NCBI GenBank assembly: GCA_015523565.1 | Contig: WAKA01000207.1 | Coordinates: forward strand, 1-57,654 | From: Candidatus Heimdallarchaeota archaeon | GTDB lineage: Archaea; Asgardarchaeota; Heimdallarchaeia; Heimdallarchaeales; Kariarchaeaceae | DNA length: 57,654 nt | Direction of reading: 5' to 3' | Shown: in pieces, positions 29,038 through 41,751 of the stretch | Numbering within the stretch: the stretch's first letter is position 1 | Layout of the letters: every line of letters starts with the position of its first letter | Translations under genes and position numbers: made by a program | Notes under the pieces: model-generated | Told to the model about the DNA's origin: nothing | Databases searched by the model: none | What the model saw: only the letters and a program-made list of their open reading frames with translations

Positions 29038-30000
29038 TCAATTTTCATTTTGTACTTTTTTGGAGAGTCTATTATATATCTGTCTAATTGTGTTTTTATC
29101 AGAAATTTCAATCAGTGTATCCCATGCTTTATCTATCCCAATTTGTTCTGTCATGATCTTGAATGCCTCCTTCTCCCCCACTTGGTTTGCCATGATCTTG
29201 AATGCCTCCTTCTCCCCCACTTGGTTTGCCATGATCTTGAATGCCTCCTTCTCCCCCACTTGGTTTGCCATGATCTTGAATGCCTCCTTCTTCCCAATTA
29301 ACTTTGTAAGGATTTGAAATGCTTTATCTTTCCCTAAGTCTTCTGCAATGAGGCGATAATTTTTTTCTAGAATCGTAGTCATGTCAAATCCCTTCTGTTC
29401 AGCAATTGGTTTAAGAATATCATAACTATAATGCGTCATGACAGATAAAAAAGTTTCTTCAAATGGAAATTCTATTTTCTCCATCAGGTCAAAAACCGCT
29501 TTAATCTTTCTTGATGAATTGCTGAAGATGAGCAATCCCAAATTTCTAGTGGTGGCTTCTAAACGATTAATTGAAATAAGATAAAGCAATCTGTTGTCAA
29601 AAGTGATCGTGAAAATACCTGTGTCCAGTATTTCATATTTTACATCATTAAGGAAATTTCGAGGATAGGTGGTTGTGAGAAAGACTTCTGCTGTTCTCAT
29701 TGAAATTGGGGGATCAAATTTATAAAAAAAAAGATAACGGTATGCAATTAATTTTGGCAAGTCTGAAAACTTCAATCTATCTCTATGGCTTTTAAATTCA
29801 ATGATTAAGCGTTCTGCATGTGAATGTTGAAGGATGACATAAAATGGGTGAAGATATTTGAAATTGCGTTGTGCGGAAAATTCTGCAACTACATCAATTT
29901 CAAAAGGTAATTTTCCCACTTTGATGGAACCCCTTAATTTCCATCCAAATGTAGAAACTAATTCCCTAAAAAGATTCTTGAACGAAGCATCAATAGCCAC
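29038..30000 (-). CDS. PD-(D/E)xK (Rpn/YhgA-like) nuclease-family protein with C-terminal repeats
   Basis: IDASFK.LF, LPFEIDVV, IIEFKS..D; repeated GEKEAFKIMANQV tail. Confidence 0.6.
   Translation of the reverse strand: MAIDASFKNLFRELVSTFGWKLRGSIKVGKLPFEIDVVAEFSAQRNFKYLHPFYVILQHSHAERLIIEFKSHRDRLKFSDLPKLIAYRYLFFYKFDPPISMRTAEVFLTTTYPRNFLNDVKYEILDTGIFTITFDNRLLYLISINRLEATTRNLGLLIFSNSSRKIKAVFDLMEKIEFPFEETFLSVMTHYSYDILKPIAEQKGFDMTTILEKNYRLIAEDLGKDKAFQILTKLIGKKEAFKIMANQVGEKEAFKIMANQVGEKEAFKIMANQVGEKEAFKIMTEQIGIDKAWDTLIEISDKNTIRQIYNRLSKKVQNEN
29152..29296 (-). repeat. 39-bp coding tandem repeat, about 3.7 copies
   Basis: catgatcttgaatgcctccttctcccccacttggtttgc at 29152, 29191, 29230 and partial at 29269; no spacers. 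Confidence 0.95.
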
Positions 30001-30229
30001 AAAGAAAAATAGATTTTGTTTATTAAAAATGCTTTTTTTCGGATATTTGTATTGATTATTGTTTAATCGAGATTTCCAAGAATAAGCTATGTTGCAAATT
30101 TCTTATATGGTATTCAAAAGTTATTAATGTGGTATTTAGGAAATATTGGTGATAAATTGGAAAAAAATAATCAAAACCATTCTTTCTGATGCCTCTGATT
30201 TAAGTTCTAAAAGAAAACAGTAACACATC

Positions 30230-31888
30230 ATGAACAATCAATTTGAATTGCTTAAACAAGAATTTCTTCGCGCTTATGCATTCTACCATCCTAATTTTGC
30301 TTTTAGTTCTGGATGGCGTGAGTATGCAGGTATTGTTCCTGATTATTCCAAAGAAATGCTTGCTGCTCATCGACAATTTTTAACAACTTTTATTGATAAA
30401 GCAAGAAAGATAGACGAAACTACTCTAGATGAAGTGGGGAAAATTGATCTTTGGGTGATGATTAATCATATTGAATCCCTTCTTTTTGATCAAGACATAT
30501 TGGATGTCTATCGATTGAATCCCATGGTCTATACAGGGTCCGCATTTATTTTTGATTACCTCTTGAAGCAATATGCGCCATTGGAGCAACGAGTCAAAGA
30601 AATGAGTCTCCATCTAAACCAATTGCCTAGATTTTATCAAACTGCAATTGAAAATTTGGATTTTGATAATTTGGCTAAAGAACACATAACAATGACTGTA
30701 TCGATGCTAAAAGGAATGCTTGAATTCTTTAATAATATTGGAAATGAAATAAGGGAACTATCAAAGGATCAAGGCATTGTAACTGAAGAAACAATTCAAA
30801 TGGCAGAAAATAGTGCCAAGAAAGCGCAAATCGCAATTGGGGTTTTTTTGAATAAACTTGAAAATGCTAAGGCTCAAGGCTCATTTAGGATGGGTAAGGA
30901 AAAATTCCAAAAAATGTTGTGGGCTCATGAACGTGTAAATGCCCCTATTGAGGAAATATTAGATGCTGGGCTAGCTAATCTAGAACGAAACTTACGAGAG
31001 TTAAAGAAAAGTGCAGAATTGATTGACCCCAATAAAACCCCTCAACAAATTCTTGAAATGATAAAGAAGTTGCATCCATCAAAGGAAACCCTGATTGAAG
31101 AAACCCAAAAAATGCTTGAAGGTATCCAACAATTCATTATTGACTCTGATTTTGTCAGTGTCCCTTCCATGATCATGCCAAAAGTTATTCCTACCCCAAA
31201 ACCATTCAGGGAATGGGCATTTGCGGCAATGGATACTCCAGGTGCCTTAGAGACAAGGGCAACTGATAGTTATTATTATATCACTCCCCCTGATGAAAAT
31301 TGGTCCCTAGAGGAACAGGAATCTTGGCTTACTGTCTTCAATTATAAACAGTTGCTAGATATTTGTGTGCATGAAGCATTTCCTGGTCATTATTTGCACC
31401 ATCTACATAATCAAAGATCAAAATCATTAATGGCAAAGCTTTTTGGTGCATATCATTTTTGGGAAGGATACGCACTATATGTTGAGGAAGCAATGTGGCA
31501 CCATGGTTTTCAAAAGGATGACCATGAATATCGCATGGCCCAACTTCTAGAAACCCTAATCCGCAATGTGCGGCTAATTTGTTCGATAAAATATCATACA
31601 TCTGAAAATTTTACAGTGCAAGATGGTACCAAAATGATGATGGAAAAAGCGTTTATGGAAGAAAAGCCTGCACAAAGTGAAGCTTTTCGAGGAACATATG
31701 ACCCTGGCTATTTGAATTATGCACTTGGAAAATTAATGATTGAAAAACTTCGAGAAGATTATAAAAACGAAAAAGGAGAGGACTTTTCTCTCCGACAATT
31801 TCATGACGAGTTACTGTCTTATGGAGCTCCTCCGATTCCTCTACTAAGAAAAATTATGCTAAATGAAGATAATGGCAAAATACTTTGA
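30230..31888 (+). CDS. DUF885 family protein (putative metallopeptidase)
   Basis: HEAFPGHYLH, FWEGYALYVE, YALGKL.I..LR, FSLRQFHDELL.YG.PP. Confidence 0.88.
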   Translation: MNNQFELLKQEFLRAYAFYHPNFAFSSGWREYAGIVPDYSKEMLAAHRQFLTTFIDKARKIDETTLDEVGKIDLWVMINHIESLLFDQDILDVYRLNPMVYTGSAFIFDYLLKQYAPLEQRVKEMSLHLNQLPRFYQTAIENLDFDNLAKEHITMTVSMLKGMLEFFNNIGNEIRELSKDQGIVTEETIQMAENSAKKAQIAIGVFLNKLENAKAQGSFRMGKEKFQKMLWAHERVNAPIEEILDAGLANLERNLRELKKSAELIDPNKTPQQILEMIKKLHPSKETLIEETQKMLEGIQQFIIDSDFVSVPSMIMPKVIPTPKPFREWAFAAMDTPGALETRATDSYYYITPPDENWSLEEQESWLTVFNYKQLLDICVHEAFPGHYLHHLHNQRSKSLMAKLFGAYHFWEGYALYVEEAMWHHGFQKDDHEYRMAQLLETLIRNVRLICSIKYHTSENFTVQDGTKMMMEKAFMEEKPAQSEAFRGTYDPGYLNYALGKLMIEKLREDYKNEKGEDFSLRQFHDELLSYGAPPIPLLRKIMLNEDNGKIL

Positions 31889-31901
31889 AACGTTTTTTTG
31901 T

Positions 31902-33494
31902 TTATAATCCCAAGAGGTTTGCCAAATTTGGATTGATTTCTGAAATCTTTTCCTTTGCAATAATTTCATAGTATTGTCGAATAATACCTGTTGTCAATAA
32001 AATTCCTGTCCCTGTGCCTACCGCTCCAAGGAAATCTGCAATAGCTGCTAACAAACCAATGAAAACTCCTCCTAAAAATGCGGCATAGGGTATGTAATTA
32101 TTTAGGTATTTTTCAATGCTTTTTGGGTTTCTTCTAAATCCTGGTATTTGCATGTCTGCTCCAATCAGCTGCTCTGCAACATTGCGCGCTGACATTCCCG
32201 CTGTTTCAACCCAAACCATTGCAAATGCGGTTGAAAGTACTACCATTAGAATTAAATATCCTATTGCTTGAAACGGGTTTTCAATTACATCTAATATTCC
32301 TCTTGGTGGGGTGGTCAGAGCCGCAAGACCTCCTGTTGGTACTTGTTGTTGTTGTCCCCCTCCTGCATCTGTTGTACCCCATGTGCCTAAAAACCTCGCT
32401 AGTGTTCCCATTGGTGAATTTTCTGCCCCATACTTGTTGTTCATCAGCCTGCTGACGAGATAAATGTTTGCAAATAAGGCAGAAACAAGAATGACTGGAA
32501 TGTTGCTAACATAAAGAAACTTGATTGGATATCTAGCAGGCATTTTGTATTCTGCATGTTGCACTGGGATTTCTATTTTCATAGTTTCAAAATAAATGAC
32601 AACCCCAAATACCAATATTGTGGCAAAAACATTGAACATATCTGGGGAATTTGGAATGTCTGGATGCCATAAACCTCTGAATACATTTCCTCGTATCAGT
32701 GCTTGGAAAAAGAAAATCAATGCACCTTGCCTATATTGACAGGCTGCGCGATCAGTATCCAAGGTAGGGCAAGTTGTGTCTGTCACGTCGTTTAAGCTTA
32801 ACATCCCCCTGACAACTTGAAAACTAACTGATGCTGCAATAAACAATGAAATCCCAGACCCAAGACCGTACCCTTTTTGGACAAGTTCATCCATTAACAT
32901 TATTGCTAAACCTGCTAAGGTCAATTGTATGACTATGATGGTTTGTATTCCAAGATCCTTTTTCACAGCATCTCCATAGGCTCCTCCCGATATGTAGGCT
33001 ATTGCCTCAAAAACAGTCATCAGAATGGCCATAATTTTTTGGGAAACTGTATATAAGGCTCTTTCTTCAGAATCTTGGAAATCGACATTTATTATACGAG
33101 AACCCACCAATAACTGCAGGATCATTCCTGCTGTGACGATCGGACCAATCCCCAATTCTGCCAAAGTTCCCCTTTGAGAAGCCAATATTGTTCTCAATGC
33201 AAAAAACGGGTCTTCTTGCTGAGACAGATCTCCCGGTCCATATACAGGTACCGAGAGCATTATTAGATAGAGAAGCAATGCCATCAATGTATACATTACC
33301 TTGCGATTGAAAGATGGTTGCTTTTCAGGTTTCTTTACCTCAATTGTAATTGGTAGAAATAACTTAAACATATTCAAGAATCTACTTGCTATTTTCGTCA
33401 CATCCTTTGTGTGGTTCTCATGGTTCGCTTTTGAACCTAATCGTCCTTTTTCATTTACATTAAAATTCTTATCGTTAGATGTTTCATTGGACAA
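31902..33494 (-). CDS. secY: Protein translocase SecY/Sec61alpha
   Basis: ASQRGTLAELGIGPIVTAG, GYGLGSGISLFIA, YPIKFLYVSNIP, IPGFRR, GTGILL. Confidence 0.96.
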   Translation of the reverse strand: MSNETSNDKNFNVNEKGRLGSKANHENHTKDVTKIASRFLNMFKLFLPITIEVKKPEKQPSFNRKVMYTLMALLLYLIMLSVPVYGPGDLSQQEDPFFALRTILASQRGTLAELGIGPIVTAGMILQLLVGSRIINVDFQDSEERALYTVSQKIMAILMTVFEAIAYISGGAYGDAVKKDLGIQTIIVIQLTLAGLAIMLMDELVQKGYGLGSGISLFIAASVSFQVVRGMLSLNDVTDTTCPTLDTDRAACQYRQGALIFFFQALIRGNVFRGLWHPDIPNSPDMFNVFATILVFGVVIYFETMKIEIPVQHAEYKMPARYPIKFLYVSNIPVILVSALFANIYLVSRLMNNKYGAENSPMGTLARFLGTWGTTDAGGGQQQQVPTGGLAALTTPPRGILDVIENPFQAIGYLILMVVLSTAFAMVWVETAGMSARNVAEQLIGADMQIPGFRRNPKSIEKYLNNYIPYAAFLGGVFIGLLAAIADFLGAVGTGTGILLTTGIIRQYYEIIAKEKISEINPNLANLLGL

Positions 33495-33570
33495 GTTTTT
33501 TTCTTTTTTAATTACCCTATTTATTAGTTTACCCTCACAATTTTTTTAAGTCTCTTCTCATGTCATTTGT

Positions 33571-33954
33571 ATGGAAAATCCAAGTGAATATTTGATAAAA
33601 TTATCTGTGGGCTCTGATTTCTCATGTAAAATCTCCTTGCGAAGGTCTTATATCCCGTTTACCTCGAAACGAATTGTTGATGCCCTTCCAATTAGGGGGC
33701 GGGCGATCAAAAGAAGTGGAAAACTAATGTTAACAACTTCAATTATTGGAAAGGGGGAAAACCTGAAAAATGAATTCCAACCATTTGACATCTCTATCCA
33801 TAACAGCACTGGAACAATCACATTATTTCTTGAGAAGACAAAACTTTCCCACCAGGAAACTTATGTCTCTTCGGTTCCACAATCTGATCATGATCGATTG
33901 GTATCCACCATAGAAAATGAAGGACTTGTGATAGATATGGTTCTTGAATGGTAA
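33571..33954 (+). CDS. Cyclophilin-like fold (TM1367/DUF369-like) protein
   Basis: P.T.KRIVDALPI.GRA pattern and size. Confidence 0.5.
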   Translation: MENPSEYLIKLSVGSDFSCKISLRRSYIPFTSKRIVDALPIRGRAIKRSGKLMLTTSIIGKGENLKNEFQPFDISIHNSTGTITLFLEKTKLSHQETYVSSVPQSDHDRLVSTIENEGLVIDMVLEW

Positions 33955-34013
33955 AATCACTGGACGAAGTTTATCAGATGACCACAAAAGAAATAGATTA
34001 GTTTGGTCAACAA

Positions 34014-34880
34014 TTGACAATGAATCATGATTTTCTTCCATTGTTTGTCTATGAAAACTATCAATCCATTTTTCATGAGCTTTCCAATTCCTTGAGTGGC
34101 TTTTCCCATAATGAATTTTCCTTTGGGTTTGAATTGAAAAGACACGATTTTCCACTCCCTGAAGGAAACTTCATTTTTCTCAACCCAAATTTTTCCTCAT
34201 CGGAACTCGAGCAACACATCAAATCCATCAAGTCACTGCCATTGGGTATATACATCCCTGAAAATCACAAGGAAATTGATTTCTTAGACCGTTTTAATTA
34301 TAAAAAAAGTTCACAAACCCTTTCTGTTTATTATAAACAATCGTCACTCACTGAAAACCAATTAAACAAAATAATGGAGTCTTCTCTGATTACAAGGAAT
34401 TTTTCGTTTGAACAAAGAGGGAAAGTCAATTCGGTTTATGAAAAAATGGATATCCTCCCTGGTCTTCTATTTGCTCAAAAACCGCCAAATGTGGCTGAAA
34501 AGGAAAAAACCATTCTTCCTATCTCCCAATTGTACCAACAAATCGAACGAATTCCTCGGGCTTTTCTTCATCTATTCAATGGAAAGTTTTGGATACTTGA
34601 GGATCATTTCGAAAATTTTCTTGCTTCTGCTATTACCATCGCAAATGAAATTGATTTTCATGACGAGAAAAGCAATAGTATATTTTATCTTGTAAGTCCA
34701 AAAGATGTAGAATCAAAATTGCAACAACAAATACTATTGACGAATATTGAGGTGCAACTTAAATCAGATCATTTATTTGTTTATAATATTGCTTATGACC
34801 TCCAAGATACAATTTTCTCTGAAATTGGTTATAAAAAGATCATAAGCTTCATTTTGTTTACTAACGATTCAGAGCATTAA
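34014..34880 (+). CDS. Hypothetical protein
   Basis: 288-aa ORF in a co-oriented run; no recognisable motif. Confidence 0.6.
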   Translation: MTMNHDFLPLFVYENYQSIFHELSNSLSGFSHNEFSFGFELKRHDFPLPEGNFIFLNPNFSSSELEQHIKSIKSLPLGIYIPENHKEIDFLDRFNYKKSSQTLSVYYKQSSLTENQLNKIMESSLITRNFSFEQRGKVNSVYEKMDILPGLLFAQKPPNVAEKEKTILPISQLYQQIERIPRAFLHLFNGKFWILEDHFENFLASAITIANEIDFHDEKSNSIFYLVSPKDVESKLQQQILLTNIEVQLKSDHLFVYNIAYDLQDTIFSEIGYKKIISFILFTNDSEH

Positions 34881-34910
34881 AGAACTGATGATTTGCATTT
34901 TCATTAGGAA

Positions 34911-36857
34911 ATGGTTGCACTTGATTTTATCAGGGTTGCCTTATGCACCCCCTCAACAAAAATCGCAAATGTCTACGCAAACTTGGAAACACATAAGATG
35001 CTTATTGACCAAATATCCCAAACTGGGGCAAGCATTGTCGTTTTTCCAGAACTCTCATTAACTGGGTATTCTTGCAATGATTTGTTCCATAATTCTGGAC
35101 TTTTGCTTAATGTAGAAAAGGCGATATTGGATCTAGAGTCTTACTCTTCAAAATACCCTGATCTTTTAATTGTGGTTGGAGCTCCTATTCCAGTCAATGG
35201 TCAGCTTTTCAACTGTGCTGTAGTTATCAATAATGGTCATATTGCAGGTATTGTTTCAAAGACGTATCCTCCAAACTATAATGAATTCAAGGAGGATATC
35301 TATTTCCAAGATGCACTTGTGAATCCTTTAGACATTTCAATTGGCTCTAATCATAATGTCAAATTATCTAACTCCCTTATTTTTCATGACATTTCCAATG
35401 ATGTCTCTATTGGTATTGAAATTTGTGAAGATTTATGGGCACCATGGCCTCCTTCAATTCCTGCTGCAATTTCTGGGGCAGAAATCATTCTTAACTTGTC
35501 GGCCAGCAATGAATTAATCGGAAAAAGTGCTCATAGAGATGAACTGATAAGGATTATGTCTGATAAGATACATGCTGGTTATTGTTTTGTATCTGCCAAC
35601 TCTAGTGAATCAACTGCTGAAGTAGTCTTTGGAGGACACACATTGATATATGAGTTAGGTGAAAAAATTGCTGAAAAACCCATTTTTTCCTCATCTCCCT
35701 TTATTATTGCAGACCTTGACGTTGGACGCATTAAATCTGCAAGATTAAGAAACACAACTTGGAAAAAAGCAATTCGAAGAACCACCACTAAAAATATGAC
35801 TGTTCCAATCAGAATTTCAATGCATAATGAAGCACCACTTCTTCGTCCAATGCATAAATTTCCTTTCCTTCCATACAACGCAAACGCGAAAACCATCTTT
35901 GATCTCTTGTCTGGCTCTTGCAGTTCAATTGTGAAAAATCGTCTCCAAGAAACTTTTCTTATTCAAGCCGTTGGTCTTGCAAAAAGGGCTGAACGAGCAA
36001 AGGCCAAATCATTTGTCATTGGACTTAGTGGTGGCGTTGATTCCACTTATGCCTTTCTTGTTTCACAAAAGGCTCTTGAAATGTCCAATGTGGAAAAAAT
36101 AACTGCCATAACAATGCCTGGGCCTGGAACCTCCCCACAAACTTTGGCTCTTGTTAATGAACTTGGAAAGAGTTTTGATATCCCGATTCGAAAAATCCCA
36201 ATTGATGAATTGATTAAAAAAGAAACATCATTGTTGAAACATAATGGTGAAATTGATCTTGCATACGAGAATATGCAGGCCCGGCTCAGGACTGAAATAG
36301 CTTTCAATATCGCAAATATGGAAAATGGCATTGTTGTGGGGACTGGTGATCTTTCTGAAATTGCTTTGGGTTGGATGACATATAATGGTGATCACATGAG
36401 TTCCTATGCTGTTAATTCATCAATCCCGAAAACAATGGTGCAACTTTTGATCAAATGGTACGCAGAAACAAAAGCATCAACACTCCAAAAATCAGTCCTG
36501 CTGAAAATTCTTGAAATTCCCATCTCTCCAGAACTTAGACCTTCCGAAAATGGAGAAATCGCCCAAAAAACAGAAGAACTAATTGGTCCATATGAGCTCC
36601 ATGATTTTTTCCTTTATCATTTTGTGGTGAATTTCTTCTCTCCGCAAAAAATCAAATTTCTTGCCCAACAAACCTTTGCAGACAAATATTCTAATGACGA
36701 AATTGCAAAATGGTTGAATGTATTCTTGAAGAGATTTTTCTCCAATCAATTCAAAAGGTCAGCAATGCCAGAGGGGCCTAAAGTGACTGCTGTCTCTCTT
36801 TCACCTCGAAGCCAATGGAGAGTCAATGGTGATGTAACTTCTCCTAAGTTTACATAA
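34911..36857 (+). CDS. nadE: Glutamine-dependent NAD+ synthetase
   Basis: Nitrilase domain (FPELSLTGY, K..PNY.EF, EICEDLW) plus GLSGGVDS, ENMQAR, GTGDLSE. Confidence 0.95.
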   Translation: MVALDFIRVALCTPSTKIANVYANLETHKMLIDQISQTGASIVVFPELSLTGYSCNDLFHNSGLLLNVEKAILDLESYSSKYPDLLIVVGAPIPVNGQLFNCAVVINNGHIAGIVSKTYPPNYNEFKEDIYFQDALVNPLDISIGSNHNVKLSNSLIFHDISNDVSIGIEICEDLWAPWPPSIPAAISGAEIILNLSASNELIGKSAHRDELIRIMSDKIHAGYCFVSANSSESTAEVVFGGHTLIYELGEKIAEKPIFSSSPFIIADLDVGRIKSARLRNTTWKKAIRRTTTKNMTVPIRISMHNEAPLLRPMHKFPFLPYNANAKTIFDLLSGSCSSIVKNRLQETFLIQAVGLAKRAERAKAKSFVIGLSGGVDSTYAFLVSQKALEMSNVEKITAITMPGPGTSPQTLALVNELGKSFDIPIRKIPIDELIKKETSLLKHNGEIDLAYENMQARLRTEIAFNIANMENGIVVGTGDLSEIALGWMTYNGDHMSSYAVNSSIPKTMVQLLIKWYAETKASTLQKSVLLKILEIPISPELRPSENGEIAQKTEELIGPYELHDFFLYHFVVNFFSPQKIKFLAQQTFADKYSNDEIAKWLNVFLKRFFSNQFKRSAMPEGPKVTAVSLSPRSQWRVNGDVTSPKFT

Positions 36858-37155
36858 TCATCGCATGTCCAATCATTTTCCCGTTATGTTCCAACCAAAG
36901 GAATACGTCTGGATGAACCAATTTGTTTTCAATCATCAGTTTGGCAATTTTTTCCCCAAAAACATTCAATTGCGTGAATGATTTCAGTTCCTGTAAAACC
37001 TCGTCAGCTTCATATTCAATTTTTCCATAAAATGATTCTCTGATATGGAGCTTCGCCCCATTGAATATGATTGTCTCACCCAAAATTTCCTTGTCACAAA
37101 CCGCAATAAGCTTTTGTCCTTCTATCTTATGGATTTTTAGGTAAAACATTTGCAT
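36850..37155 (-). CDS. DUF424 family protein
   Basis: LIAVCDKEILG, ESFYG, NVFGEK. Confidence 0.85.
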   Translation of the reverse strand: MQMFYLKIHKIEGQKLIAVCDKEILGETIIFNGAKLHIRESFYGKIEYEADEVLQELKSFTQLNVFGEKIAKLMIENKLVHPDVFLWLEHNGKMIGHAMIM

Positions 37156-37163
37156 CCCTGCAA

Positions 37164-37595
37164 CTATTTTAGGCTTTTAACAGCGGCTGTTGCACCACAT
37201 GCTTCACACCGCATCATCATAATCCTGTCTTGGATTTCCAATTTGGTGTCGGGTTTTCCACAAGTTCCACAAAGGACATACATTTCGATATATCGATTGA
37301 ATGCCTTTTGGATAAGTGATCTTGGATGTTTCCCCTGTAGAATTGCTCTATTTCCCTCAATATTTGCAGAAGTACCCAGCTCATTGGAAAAGAACTTCAA
37401 AAGATGTTGTTCTTTTCTATTAATGGCCGTTGCTAGTGCCTTAAAACCATTGATGAATGTTCTGTTCCCTTCAATCTCTGAATTGACTGTTGGAATCTCA
37501 AACCTTGTGTCATCATCTGCAACAATTTGAGGGAGTTTCCCTCTAGCCCGTTTCAAGGCTTCCTCATAGTCATATTTTTGCCAATATTCACTCAC
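37164..37595 (-). CDS. Translation initiation factor aIF-2 beta
   Basis: YEEALKRA, RFEIP, HLLKF...ELGT, YVLC..CGKPDT, CEACGA. Confidence 0.95.
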   Translation of the reverse strand: MSEYWQKYDYEEALKRARGKLPQIVADDDTRFEIPTVNSEIEGNRTFINGFKALATAINRKEQHLLKFFSNELGTSANIEGNRAILQGKHPRSLIQKAFNRYIEMYVLCGTCGKPDTKLEIQDRIMMMRCEACGATAAVKSLK

Positions 37596-37773
37596 AAGGG
37601 AATATTCGTTCCTTTTGTTTTAACTATTTCGTAAGTAGACTATTCTTGATTTGCTTTTCTGCCCCTTCTTGGTTTAATCCACCCCTTTAATTTACACTAC
37701 CTTTTTTGTTTTTTAATGAAATTAGGTTTCATCTCCCTGAAAATGCAATGAAAATTATTCCTTTCTAAGCTAG

Positions 37774-40038
<2,265 letters not shown>

Positions 40039-40158
40039 CAAATCACAAAAATTACTAAACAATAATGCATTAATTTACAATCCTATAGCGTAATATTCAG
40101 ATTATTTAATAAGGTAAATGGACGGAATACTATTAAGCACAATTTTGAGGCTGTATTT

Positions 40159-40932
40159 ATGGTAATGTCACCAGAACCCAAAATGCAAGAAAGAAAAAGA
40201 AAACGCCCACGTGCAATCAAGTGGGAAACTGAATTGCTTGAAATTATTGAGGAAACACCTGACGTGAAAACTTTCAGGTTTGAAAAACCTGAAGGATGGA
40301 CTTTCATCCCTGGTCAGTTTGTTATGGTATTTTTCCCAGAGGTGTTTGGTAAAGCCAATCGTGCCTACTCAATAAGTTCTTCGCCAAACTCCCCATATTT
40401 GGATTTAACGATTAAATTGTATGGGGTTTTTACCCACCATATGTGGACTCTCAAGGAAGGTTCTTCTTGGACTCTTCGAGGACCTTATGGGCATTTTGTA
40501 CTTGATATGGAAAGAACAAATGACATCATTCTAATTGGTGCTGGCGTTGGGATTACTCCACTTATGTCCATGCTAAGATGGAGCACTGAAGAGAAAATCG
40601 ACCGTCGGTTCCTTCTTCTTTACTCAAACAAAACTCCAAGGGATATTGTATTCCATGAAGAAATTCAAATGATTGAAAGAATGAATCCTAACGTTACAGT
40701 TGTTCATACTCTTACACGTCTTGAGGACAAACTCAAGGATAGTTGGCCTGGTCTGACGGGTCGAATTAATGCGGAAATGATACGTGAACAGGTTGAAAGG
40801 TGGCAGAAACCTGGCTCTGAAATTGCAACCGTTTATGGATGCGGTCCTGCATCAATGTTGACAACTATGGAGGAAGTAATGATTTCCCTTGGATGGCCAA
40901 AAGAAGAAATCCATTACGAGAAATTCTGGTAA
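40159..40932 (+). CDS. FAD/NAD(P)-binding ferredoxin-reductase-like oxidoreductase
   Basis: PGQF, RAYSISS, GPYG, GAGVGITP, YGCGP, C-terminal YEKFW. Confidence 0.9.
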   Translation: MVMSPEPKMQERKRKRPRAIKWETELLEIIEETPDVKTFRFEKPEGWTFIPGQFVMVFFPEVFGKANRAYSISSSPNSPYLDLTIKLYGVFTHHMWTLKEGSSWTLRGPYGHFVLDMERTNDIILIGAGVGITPLMSMLRWSTEEKIDRRFLLLYSNKTPRDIVFHEEIQMIERMNPNVTVVHTLTRLEDKLKDSWPGLTGRINAEMIREQVERWQKPGSEIATVYGCGPASMLTTMEEVMISLGWPKEEIHYEKFW

Positions 40933-41685
40933 TCAAACAAGACTCCTAAATATTTTGTTCAACTTGAGCATAACACTATTGCCTTTTGGCAAAATAATTT
41001 CTTGAATTGCAGATCTGTATGCCACTTCATCATCGTAATCCAATTTCCAAATATTTGATATGCCATTATGCCTTATTTTCAATTTCTGAATCCATTCATT
41101 AAGAAGCGTTGTCATTTTAGGATGGCTGGGGACTTGATTGAATACAATATTGAATTTTACATTTGTGCTACTTATCGCTTTTTTATAAAAATTTTCAATT
41201 AAAAACTCAATTCCCCGAAAAGATTGAAAATCAGGTCTAACAACATCCAACAATCCATTGGCTACTGTCAATATTGCCAAGGTGAAAAAATTTACACCTG
41301 GCCCCAAATCAAAAATTACAATATCATAGTCTAGATGCTTTAAATCCTCGAAAAGGTTATCTCTCATTGTTATGAACCAACTCCTCTTGGAGGAATGAAT
41401 CTTGTCTTTCGGAACAAATTTCGGGTTTGCATAAATAAGATGCACATTTTCATCATGCAAAGTGACACGATCAATGGTTTCTGTTAACTTGTTTGTCCCA
41501 TTCAAATAATCATTGAAATAACATGAGACATTCCTAGAAGAAAACAAATGTGAAAAACTAGGCATCTTAAAATCCGCTTCAATCAACAGAACTTTTTTTT
41601 CCTCTGCTAAGCTTCTCGCTCCATTGAGGCTTATTGTTGTCTTCCCACTTCCCCCCTTGTATGAATGGACAAGCAGTATGTTCAC
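40933..41685 (-). CDS. MinD/ParA family ATPase
   Basis: Deviant Walker A KGGSGKTT, LIEAD, DIVIFDLGPG, VFNQV; GTG start at 41685. Confidence 0.88.
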   Translation of the reverse strand: MNILLVHSYKGGSGKTTISLNGARSLAEEKKVLLIEADFKMPSFSHLFSSRNVSCYFNDYLNGTNKLTETIDRVTLHDENVHLIYANPKFVPKDKIHSSKRSWFITMRDNLFEDLKHLDYDIVIFDLGPGVNFFTLAILTVANGLLDVVRPDFQSFRGIEFLIENFYKKAISSTNVKFNIVFNQVPSHPKMTTLLNEWIQKLKIRHNGISNIWKLDYDDEVAYRSAIQEIILPKGNSVMLKLNKIFRSLV

Positions 41686-41751
41686 AATTGACTCTCTTTT
41701 CTCTGGTTTATAAAGATAAACTAAAAAAGTCACGAAAAATAATTCTCTTGA

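Noticed and set aside
29152-29296. 39-bp direct repeats as a CRISPR array
   Set aside because: Units are contiguous with no spacers, in frame within a CDS, and no cas genes are present
29038-30229. IS element
   Set aside because: No terminal inverted repeats, target duplication or DDE/HUH motifs detected
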